From positions 1 to 64,000 of the IMG/VR virus record IMGVR_UViG_3300047476_000982: a stretch of 64,000 bases of DNA; one strand, given 5' to 3'. Shown in pieces: positions 19,501 to 27,250 of the stretch. The position numbers and the translations under genes are program-made. A model generated the notes under the pieces. The model had not been told where the DNA came from. It did not search any database and saw only the letters and a program-made list of their open reading frames with translations. The stretch's first letter is position 1, and every line of letters begins with the position of its first letter. The DNA comes from a virus.

Positions 19501-22500
19501 TAATTGAAAAGCAGACCCACTAATAACTCCATCAACTTGAAGTTTAGTAGTAGGATTATTAGTTCCTATTCCAACATTACCATTAGGATATTTTATAACA
19601 AATCTTGTGGTAGTTCCTGCTTCATTAATTACAAAATCATCTCCTGAGGCTGCAAGATCATAATAGTAGTTAGTTGCACTACCAATTCTAATAAGTCTAT
19701 TTCCACCTTGAGTAAGACTAATATTTCCTGCTATTTCTAATTTTTGAGAAGGATTAGTCGTACCAATACCTACATTACCATCATCTTGAATTCTCATTCT
19801 TTCAAGAAGACCCGCTCCACCTCCAAGTGCTGGGGTAGTAGAAAAAGTCATATTACTATTACTATTTCCTGGCATTATAACTCTAATAGCAGCCCAAGTT
19901 TCATTGTCTGTACTATCACTTCTCCACGTCCAAGAAATTCCTGTTCCTAATGAAGTATTGCCTTCTGAGGTAGTTAATCTTCTTATTTGAATTGCATCTT
20001 GATTTATAGAACCAAATGTAAGTTGCCTATTTGGAGTTGTTGTTCCTATACCTACATTACCTCCAGTAAAATAAGAATTTCCATTAGAATTAATTCTTGT
20101 AGTTAATGATGCAGCATTATAAAGATCTAATGTTCCACCATTTCCTGAATTTTCATATAGTATTGCTGGGAAATTATCTGTAGAAGTAGCTCTTAATAGT
20201 AATCCTCCAAGATTATTTGCTGCTGATGATTTGATTTCAAATTTTGAAGCAGGACTAGTTGTGCCTATTCCAAGATTACCATTAGTATTAAGAGTTATTT
20301 TTGGAGAAGCTCCGCCTGCTCCAAAATATAGCACATTACCAGAAGTTGAAAATACGGTTGCATATCCTGAGCTCCATGTTAAACCTCCATATGCTGTGGA
20401 ATAATTTCCCCAATATGCTATAGCAGATCCATCAGTCCATAAAGCATTACTAGCAAAAGTTCCATTAACTTGTAATCTAGTCGCAGGAGCAGTAGTGTTA
20501 ATACCGACATTACCAGATCCTGAAAGAATAGTTAATTCAAAAGCTGATCTACGCCAGTTATATAAATAAAAATTGTCTGTTGAATCATTATCACTTCCTA
20601 AAAACCAAGTGCTGCTACCATTAGTTGCCCAATTAATTGCATTTTCATAAGATGCATTATCTGGTCTATTAATTCTAATAGTACTACCTGCTCCATTACC
20701 TGTTTTATTAGTAGTGATATCAAGCATGTGTCCTGGTACAGTGGTACCAATACCAACATTACCATTAGCATCGAATCTTACTTTTTCATTTGATGTACTT
20801 CCTGCTGGATAAAAGGCTAAAAATGCAGATGATCCTGATGTACCTGTAATTGTAGGTACTCCTGCTCCATACGTATTTCCCCAACTAAGATTATATGTGC
20901 TTCTTAAAATAGCACTTCCTACTACATCTAAAATATCTCTAGGTGCTGTAGTACCTATACCAACGCAACCATTACTTCTTAAGCTTATAACATCTGTAAT
21001 AGTATTAGTATCTGTATTTGCTAATCTAATATCTAATTGAGTACGAGCATTTACTGAATCTGCTGACCATCTAGATAAATCAAATGCTGCTAAACCAGCA
21101 TATACTACTCCTGATGTTCCATCTCTCATTAAAGAAAGAACATTTGTTCTTGTAGCAGTATGATCTACTCCAAAAGAAGCTATAACTGCTCCTGTATTAG
21201 TAAATGAATATGTTGAAGTATCAGATATATTAGGACCTGCATGTAATCTAGCTAGAGGAGACGTTGCACCTATACCAACATTAGTTCCATCAAATATAAA
21301 ATTATTTGATCCTACTAATACTCCTGCGCTATTGTAAATAACCTGTGTATTAGATCCAACCGATAATGATCCTGTAAATGATGTTGCTTTAATATTACCT
21401 ACAACATCTAATTTAGCCGTTGGTGTTGATGAGCCTATACCAACATTACCATTTTGAATATTTACATTAGTAAATCCTCCTGCATTTATTGTAAGTAAAG
21501 ATGTACTTGTTGAAGAAAGTATAGTTGAATTATTAAGAAGCCTGTATTCTCCACCTGTTACATTTATATTTCCTGATACATGTAAACGTTCAACTGGAGC
21601 TGTTGTTCCTATACCAACATTAGTACCGCTTCCTGCAATTAATATATTGCCTCCATTAGTAAAATTTAAATATAAAGGACTTCCTGCATTTGCACTAGTT
21701 CTAGCTTGTACTTGATTACCACTTAAAACTAATGAACTACCATCTGAGGTTTCTCTAAGTCTAGTGGAAAATCCTGTTGCATCTATTTGAAAACCCATCG
21801 TTGGAGATATAGTTCCTATACCTACACTACCTGATGGTAATAAGAAATTAGTTTGCGTTCCTGCATTATTACCTGCAAAATGAGCAAATGCAGTATTTGA
21901 ATCATTTTTAAGAGTTAAAGTTTTACCATTAGCAAAATATGTACTATCATAAATTTGTTCAAATGATGTAAGTCCCCAACCTGAAGCTCTGCGTAATATT
22001 AGCATAGCAGTTGTTCCACTAGTTCCTGTAGTTGCAATATCTAATAAAGATCCTGGTGTGTTTGTTCCTATACCAACATTGCCACTAGATCCTGTAATGA
22101 ATATATCATTACTAGTTCCATTTCTACCCAATCTAATTGATCTTGTTGATGTATTTGAACCAAATACAGATATTCCTCCAGTATCATTTATAAATGCCGT
22201 TCCACCTTGAACTTCTGTGGATGCATATATTTTTCCATTTACATCTAATGGATAAGCCGGGCTTATAACTCCTATACCAACATTTCCATTTACAAGAGAT
22301 AAAGTATTAAGAGCAGTTGCTGCAGTTCTATTTCTAAAAAATATACCTGAATTGGTTGTATTATATACGTGTTCTACATAAAGATTACCATCAGCATTAC
22401 CGTATCTTATTTTTGCGCCTGCAGTACCAATACCAGAATCGTCAATAAATCTTATTTCAGGATTAACTGCTGAACTTGCTGCGTTAAGCCAGATATCTCC

Positions 22501-22758
22501 ATTGTAAACTTCAAACTTAGCACCTGGTGCTGATGTGTCAATACCTACATTACCACCTACAATCCAATGATTCCCTGATCCTGTTACTCTTAATGAACCT
22601 GTAAATTGTTGTACATCAGAAGTTAAATTACCAAATCTATTACTTCCTGAACTATATACTATAGAAGAAGTTACCTGCTGCACATTAAGCGATTGCGCTA
22701 TAATTTGACCAGTAACTGTTAATGATCCTGTAACTCCTGTAGTTTGTAATTGAGCCAT
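16543..22758 (-). CDS. Long tail fibre (2071 aa) with 22 G.VGIGT..P shaft motifs
   Basis: Motifs counted in the translation; S/T/G/N-rich beta composition; compact C-terminal domain. Confidence 0.75.
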   Translation of the reverse strand: MAQLQTTGVTGSLTVTGQIIAQSLNVQQVTSSIVYSSGSNRFGNLTSDVQQFTGSLRVTGSGNHWIVGGNVGIDTSAPGAKFEVYNGDIWLNAASSAVNPEIRFIDDSGIGTAGAKIRYGNADGNLYVEHVYNTTNSGIFFRNRTAATALNTLSLVNGNVGIGVISPAYPLDVNGKIYASTEVQGGTAFINDTGGISVFGSNTSTRSIRLGRNGTSNDIFITGSSGNVGIGTNTPGSLLDIATTGTSGTTAMLILRRASGWGLTSFEQIYDSTYFANGKTLTLKNDSNTAFAHFAGNNAGTQTNFLLPSGSVGIGTISPTMGFQIDATGFSTRLRETSDGSSLVLSGNQVQARTSANAGSPLYLNFTNGGNILIAGSGTNVGIGTTAPVERLHVSGNINVTGGEYRLLNNSTILSSTSTSLLTINAGGFTNVNIQNGNVGIGSSTPTAKLDVVGNIKATSFTGSLSVGSNTQVIYNSAGVLVGSNNFIFDGTNVGIGATSPLARLHAGPNISDTSTYSFTNTGAVIASFGVDHTATRTNVLSLMRDGTSGVVYAGLAAFDLSRWSADSVNARTQLDIRLANTDTNTITDVISLRSNGCVGIGTTAPRDILDVVGSAILRSTYNLSWGNTYGAGVPTITGTSGSSAFLAFYPAGSTSNEKVRFDANGNVGIGTTVPGHMLDITTNKTGNGAGSTIRINRPDNASYENAINWATNGSSTWFLGSDNDSTDNFYLYNWRRSAFELTILSGSGNVGINTTAPATRLQVNGTFASNALWTDGSAIAYWGNYSTAYGGLTWSSGYATVFSTSGNVLYFGAGGASPKITLNTNGNLGIGTTSPASKFEIKSSAANNLGGLLLRATSTDNFPAILYENSGNGGTLDLYNAASLTTRINSNGNSYFTGGNVGIGTTTPNRQLTFGSINQDAIQIRRLTTSEGNTSLGTGISWTWRSDSTDNETWAAIRVIMPGNSNSNMTFSTTPALGGGAGLLERMRIQDDGNVGIGTTNPSQKLEIAGNISLTQGGNRLIRIGSATNYYYDLAASGDDFVINEAGTTTRFVIKYPNGNVGIGTNNPTTKLQVDGVISGSAFQLGPLQYAARRYTKTVENITTGSYTTLFNVYGDQLSSAVKVVIRGTVNSVVVDSIIDITANHSEDIVVKSQSGIYTILTIKILAATTLTEDFTVQAKISNHEPGQPLQAYVDVYPYGNEIIEFSPGSIYSTTILEHECSPGFNHTSVGGTDYFNINNGNVGIGTTEPNATLNIVTPSDDTTGDSFKFKGSNAKEFVSISKLGFIRSRASDTNGANMHFFDNAGSKRVEVSVTSTDFNWYSDALSTTFMTFKHSNGYIGIGTTSPTATLQVVGNARIGQYANTSTNAVLDLTSGGSGNNSYIDFGYYGTFDAAIWFAGYFGDSNGQFKIRDASSGTATDAFVISQGSRNITINSLSGTGNRIVGTDSNGLLSSITVGSGLSLSGGTLTATGGSAGTVTGTGASTQIAYWTSTSNVTGSNGLVFSGGNVGIGTTSPGFTLDAQGGGSGLRVLSNTSYVDLALTNTSTTSYIQANGNEMRFFVAGGSNSDIVMVLDGVNNRVGIGTLSPSYPLHVEATTYINNGLSNGAGVSLYVQGSGDMQLTDGGSIFFGAYTYANGTYIRGYDDGDAMYFYSNGTNTAVMRSTGVGIGTTSPAAKLEVQGIDQNIIARQDGNSAGWRGRILSKNLTADRSSFLGTYAGVAGVFAHNYALDGWAPLYINTVDGITGNGGTVIMGGSVGIGTTNPVHQLTIEGDQQNLKLQSATSPANYYAEISANYNYSNAFTIKANGAGGVQTLMLWGDGAGLTLQGGATRPLLLQPSNGNVGIGTTSPTANLDIKGAQDTAGQISLQLRSGNSNANFSSNQITFGYANTDTYRHAIKTRHNSSAAAGNAIDFYIWKQGTDTSTAIGTQQVMSINGTSVGIGTSSPGYTLDVVGTGIRGTYRPRTNSTTSTTSVTPTIDTEDVFVVTAQAQSLTINNPTGTIVNGQRFILRIKDNGTPQSLTFGNLYRASTDLPLPSITLAGKTIYLGFIYNSDANRWDLIAKINNF

Positions 22759-22759
22759 T

Positions 22760-25441
22760 TTACTTAATTAGTTTTTTTACCTGCTTTTCTAATGCTTCTA
22801 TTCTTTCTTGTTGCTCCTTTATTACGTTTATAAATATGGCAGCCAGTTTTCCATAGTGAATACCAACAGGCTTACCATCATCTTTTGACACAAATTCTGG
22901 AAAGACTTTGTTTAGATCTTCTGCTATTAAACCTATATCTTCTTTTTTCGTATCTTTCCAATTAAATGAAACTGGTTTTAATTTTTTAAATTTATTAATA
23001 TCTGTTGAGTAAGGTTGGATATTTTCTTTTAATATCTTTGTAGATGTTTCTATTAGTGTTGTTACTCTTACTGTACCATTTACATCTAATGGGTATGCAG
23101 GTGATACTGAACCTATGCCTACATTGCTTCCATTAAATACTAGATTACTTGACCCAGCTAATACTCCTGAATTGTTATATATAATTTGTGTATTAGAACC
23201 TGCTGCAGCTACTGATCCTGAAAATGATCCCGTAAATGAAGTTGCTCTTACATTGCCTATTATATCTAATGTAGTTCCAGGAGAGGTTGTACCTATACCT
23301 ACAGAACCTGCTTCTGCTATAACATAATTAGATACTCCAGGTGTAAATGTTGTAAGTGTTGTATTTGATGCTAGTGCTGTCCAATTTGAAAATACAGATA
23401 AACATTCTATAGTTGCGCTATAAATAAAATCTTCACCACTATAACCATTTTTAATTCCTATTTTTACTCCCGTAATTTGATTACTTCCGTCAACTACTTT
23501 TTCTAAAACTACATCTAATGTATTAAATCTATCTTGTTGATAAGGAACTCCAGAAACTGTTTTTGAAAGTCCTGCTTGATATCCTATAAAATCAAAAGTT
23601 TTTGTACCAGCATATGAACTTACTCTCACTCTAAAATGATGAGTATATACTGTACCAAAATCAAGTTGTCCTAATGTATAAGTAGTATTAGCAGCAATAT
23701 TACCTAAAGAATAGGATTTAGTAAAAGTTGCTTGGCTATTTACATATCCACCATCTGAATTTATTATCCCTGAGGAATGTAATTTATAAATAGGATTTGT
23801 AGTTCCTATACCTACATTATTACTAGTATTAATAACTACTGTATTGTTGTTATTATATCCTAATGATAAAGGTCTTGAGTTATATGATTGTAATGTAAAG
23901 TAGTTATCGTTACCGTTTGCTAAACCTACTCTAACACCACCAACTTGATATGAAGTTGCTCCACCACCTGTACTACCATTTATTGTTAGGGTTGTTGTAC
24001 TAGCTATATTTTCTAATGTTGAAGTTCCTATACCAACATTATTAGATGAACTAACATAAACTGAGCTACCTATTGAAAATAAATTACCATTTTGAGCTAA
24101 AGCAGTATTAAACGTATTTCCTGAGCTATAAAAATAAAGTGCATTTCCTTGTTGAAATTCTCCAAAAGATAAAAATACAGATGATCCTCCTACAGTAAGG
24201 CCTGTTCCTGCTGTTGAAGTTGTTGCAATACTAGCTCTTCCATCTATATATGTATTTCCTGATACATGTAATCTTGTAATAGGAGTAGAAGTGCCTATAC
24301 CAAAAGAACCAGTAGCATTAACTGCAGAATAAATAGTACCACCACTAGATTGCCAAGTTTGTAAATTAGCGGTTTGATTTGCTACTCCAGCTACTGTAAA
24401 TGATACATAATTAGTTGCATAAGGTCTTACTGTAACACCTGTTGTTTGTCCTTCAAATCTAAGAGTTGCAGGACTCCATACTAAACCTAAAGAAGAGTTT
24501 GTATTAAAAGATAATTCACCGTTAGTAGTAACAGTCAATCTCTTTGTTGTTCCTGTATAAAAAGTAGCTAAATCTCCACTAGAAGCTGATATTGTAAGTT
24601 TAGCATCTGGTATCGTTGTACCTATACCAACATTACCATCAACTAATAATCCAATTGTATTATTAGAAGTAGTACTATTTCCGTTTGAATTTAATAAATG
24701 AAAATAGCTACTAACTATTCCTGAACCTGGTGTTGTCCTTGGTGTTAAATAAATTCTTGGTACTGCTGAATTATACCCTGTATAATATATTTTTACATTA
24801 TCATAAGCTGAATTATCTCCTATACTACCTAATCTTATACCTTCTGTGCCTCCTGCTATTGCTGCGGCTCCAGAAACATCTAATTTAATACCACTTTGTG
24901 GTGTTGTTGTACCTATACCAACATTAGCTCCATTTAAAGACATGACATGTTGACCACCAATTGCCGTTGTAGCACTACCATTTAACCATGTATAAAAATC
25001 AATAGCATTACCAGATGATGCGTCTGAATTATGTCTTGTTTTTATAGCGTGTCTATATAAAGCTGTATTAGCATATCCAAATGTAATTTGGTTACTATTA
25101 AAATTAACAGACGTATTACCAGATCTTAATTGTAAAGATATTTGTCCAGCTGTATCTGAAGCTCCTCTTATGTCTAAATTACTACTAGGAGTTGTAGTGC
25201 CTATACCAACATTAGTGCCATCAAATATAAAGTTACTTGATCCTGCTAATACTCCTGAGCTATTATAAATTATATTTGTATTAGATCCAGGTGCGGCAAT
25301 AGAACCAGAAAATGATCCAGTAAATGAAGCTCCTATATATCTTGAACCAGAAAATATACTTGAGGTTACTGCATTAGCAACAAATAAAGAGGCAAGACTG
25401 GCATCTGAGCCAGAAGTTATGACTTTTTTCCAAGATGGCAT
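22760..25441 (-). CDS. Tail fibre with a C-terminal intramolecular chaperone (Peptidase S74)
   Basis: 8 VGIGT-type motifs; C-terminal STKILKENI...LKPVSFNW...IGLIAED...IHYGKL...KEQQERIEALE S74 pattern. Confidence 0.85.
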   Translation of the reverse strand: MPSWKKVITSGSDASLASLFVANAVTSSIFSGSRYIGASFTGSFSGSIAAPGSNTNIIYNSSGVLAGSSNFIFDGTNVGIGTTTPSSNLDIRGASDTAGQISLQLRSGNTSVNFNSNQITFGYANTALYRHAIKTRHNSDASSGNAIDFYTWLNGSATTAIGGQHVMSLNGANVGIGTTTPQSGIKLDVSGAAAIAGGTEGIRLGSIGDNSAYDNVKIYYTGYNSAVPRIYLTPRTTPGSGIVSSYFHLLNSNGNSTTSNNTIGLLVDGNVGIGTTIPDAKLTISASSGDLATFYTGTTKRLTVTTNGELSFNTNSSLGLVWSPATLRFEGQTTGVTVRPYATNYVSFTVAGVANQTANLQTWQSSGGTIYSAVNATGSFGIGTSTPITRLHVSGNTYIDGRASIATTSTAGTGLTVGGSSVFLSFGEFQQGNALYFYSSGNTFNTALAQNGNLFSIGSSVYVSSSNNVGIGTSTLENIASTTTLTINGSTGGGATSYQVGGVRVGLANGNDNYFTLQSYNSRPLSLGYNNNNTVVINTSNNVGIGTTNPIYKLHSSGIINSDGGYVNSQATFTKSYSLGNIAANTTYTLGQLDFGTVYTHHFRVRVSSYAGTKTFDFIGYQAGLSKTVSGVPYQQDRFNTLDVVLEKVVDGSNQITGVKIGIKNGYSGEDFIYSATIECLSVFSNWTALASNTTLTTFTPGVSNYVIAEAGSVGIGTTSPGTTLDIIGNVRATSFTGSFSGSVAAAGSNTQIIYNNSGVLAGSSNLVFNGSNVGIGSVSPAYPLDVNGTVRVTTLIETSTKILKENIQPYSTDINKFKKLKPVSFNWKDTKKEDIGLIAEDLNKVFPEFVSKDDGKPVGIHYGKLAAIFINVIKEQQERIEALEKQVKKLIK

Positions 25442-25517
25442 TCAACTACGTTTTGTGGTTAGAAACTTAGCACTATACTAAGCCTACTTCCCTTTCGGGC
25501 CTACAAATTATACAATT
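25442..25517 (-). promoter_or_regulatory. Structured 5' leader of the S74 fibre gene
   Basis: CCC-GAAA-GGG hairpin flanked by GTAGGC direct repeats, then a CTTAGTA-TAG-TGCTAAG hairpin; a GC-rich patch in AT-rich intergenic DNA. Confidence 0.45.
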
Positions 25518-25525
25518 ATAAATAT
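25518..25525 (-). promoter_or_regulatory. ATATTTAT motif
   Basis: ~77 nt upstream of the ATG at 25441, just before the structured leader. Confidence 0.5.
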
Positions 25526-25767
25526 CAGGAGTTCTTTTTACCAGTAGACTTTGTCTGCTCGTGTTGAATGATTTGTTGTAGCTCTGTTTGCTTTTTTTCT
25601 TCTTCTTTTCTTTTTAGTGAATCTATTTCTAGAAGCTCTTGTTCTATTTTAACTTGAAGACTAGCAAGGAATTTTGCATCTTTTCCTGAAACTGATACTA
25701 CATCTAGTGCTTGTCTAATAAACACTATTTCATTTTGAGTAAGATCAATAGAAAATATATCTAACAT
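25525..25767 (-). CDS. Small helical protein, possible fibre chaperone
   Basis: 80 aa, helical with a charged C-terminus; inside the fibre operon. Confidence 0.55.
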   Translation of the reverse strand: MLDIFSIDLTQNEIVFIRQALDVVSVSGKDAKFLASLQVKIEQELLEIDSLKRKEEEKKQTELQQIIQHEQTKSTGKKNS

Positions 25768-25773
25768 AACTTA

Positions 25774-25986
25774 TTATTTGTTTACTAAAATATACTGATT
25801 TTGTAATTTAATTATCATTGAATAGAACATCTCTATTTGATGTCCTTTAAGATCTGCGTTCTTAAGAAGAGTTAGCAGATACTCTAATTCATGTTTAGAT
25901 AAATTATCAGATTTTGTGTTTTTCCCTGTTTCTGTTAAAGACGCAGGCTCTCCTGCAACTACAACTTGTTTTAAATTAAAAGCCAT
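25774..25986 (-). CDS. Small helical protein, possible fibre chaperone
   Basis: 70 aa; LSKHELEYLLTLLK...KLQNQY. Confidence 0.55.
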   Translation of the reverse strand: MAFNLKQVVVAGEPASLTETGKNTKSDNLSKHELEYLLTLLKNADLKGHQIEMFYSMIIKLQNQYILVNK

Positions 25987-26002
25987 AACTAATTAGATTA
26001 TT

Positions 26003-27205
26003 TTATGCGTATATAAATATGTCTCCAGATGTATTATTGATCCACATATTACCAGAACCATTATTAGCACCACCCCATACAGGAGCAGCCGATGGATTTG
26101 TTGATGGGGATATTTTTACAGTTACAGCATATTCATCAGCCGCTACAGAAGAAGCAGACGTGTGAACATTATATTGAACTGCAAATCTTCCATAAGTTCC
26201 AGCATCTACAGATTCTAAAAACCAAGCAGAACCTGACATTCCTGCGGCACTTGTAGAAGAAACAACTATAATACCGCCATCTGTTAATGAAGTAGATCCA
26301 GATGCAAATGCAGCAAATCTATCTCCAATTAATAAGTTTTGAGTATTTTGAAAACTAGCAGTACCTGCAACTGTTAAGTCTCCGGCTACTGTTAAATTAT
26401 TATTGAATGTAGAGTTTCCAGTTACTGTTACACCACCAGCAGCTATACTTAAACCAGAAGTAGCACCAGATCCAATTTGTACTTGTGTTCCAGTATCTGA
26501 TATATTAGATCCAGCAAAAGTATTAGTTCCTAATTTTGGAATTTGATTTGTAGTAAGAGAAGATGTAGCTACTTGAACTGCATCAGCTGTAACCGTAATT
26601 AATGCCCCTGCTCCAACATCAAAAGTAGATGCTGCAGAACCATTAAATGTAGTTCCTGTTAAACCATTTCCTGCAGTTAAAGAATTTAAAACTCTATCCG
26701 CATTATTAGCAAAAGAAGAAGTTCCTAATAAAGAACCTGTTAAAGATGAGTTAGCTCCTGAAAGTGTTATTGATGTAGTACCACTTATAGTTGTACCGTT
26801 ATCTGTAAGGGATGAATTAGTAAATTTATTAGCATTATTATCCCACTTAGTTATTATATTAGATGTTAAATCTGCAGCACCACTTACTGATACTGTTTGC
26901 GCAGCTGATCCATTAAAAGTAAAAGTAGAAATACCTTCTCCTGCGGTTAAAGCATTTGAAGTCGTTGCACTCACTCCTGTAAGTCCTGATCCATTACCTT
27001 GAAAAGATCCTGAAAAAGATCCACTTAACACTATATTAGTACCACCGCTTGCAAGTATTGCTCCTGATCCACTAATCACTCTTGTGCTTAGATTTGCAGC
27101 AGATCCACCACCAATAACTGCTTGTCCAGAAGTTAAATTATCTACTTTTAATGCGGCCAGTTCTGCTTGACTACCAGAAACTATGACTTTTTTCCAAGTT
27201 GCCAT
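26003..27205 (-). CDS. Tail fibre/baseplate-associated structural protein
   Basis: 400 aa, S/T/G/A-rich; N-terminus WKKVIVSGS shared with the S74 fibre. Confidence 0.6.
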   Translation of the reverse strand: MATWKKVIVSGSQAELAALKVDNLTSGQAVIGGGSAANLSTRVISGSGAILASGGTNIVLSGSFSGSFQGNGSGLTGVSATTSNALTAGEGISTFTFNGSAAQTVSVSGAADLTSNIITKWDNNANKFTNSSLTDNGTTISGTTSITLSGANSSLTGSLLGTSSFANNADRVLNSLTAGNGLTGTTFNGSAASTFDVGAGALITVTADAVQVATSSLTTNQIPKLGTNTFAGSNISDTGTQVQIGSGATSGLSIAAGGVTVTGNSTFNNNLTVAGDLTVAGTASFQNTQNLLIGDRFAAFASGSTSLTDGGIIVVSSTSAAGMSGSAWFLESVDAGTYGRFAVQYNVHTSASSVAADEYAVTVKISPSTNPSAAPVWGGANNGSGNMWINNTSGDIFIYA

Positions 27206-27225
27206 TTAATATATTTTGTCTGTTT

Positions 27226-27233
27226 ATAAATAT
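27226..27233 (-). promoter_or_regulatory. ATATTTAT motif
   Basis: ~21 nt upstream of the ATG at 27205. Confidence 0.55.
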
Positions 27234-27250
27234 GTTTAGTTCAAATAAGT

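Noticed and set aside
17000-25200. Possible diversity-generating retroelement TR/VR pair (also prompted by the Mtd-N-like domain)
   Set aside because: Differences between the copies are not adenine-specific and many are synonymous; both copies are coding; no reverse transcriptase in the window
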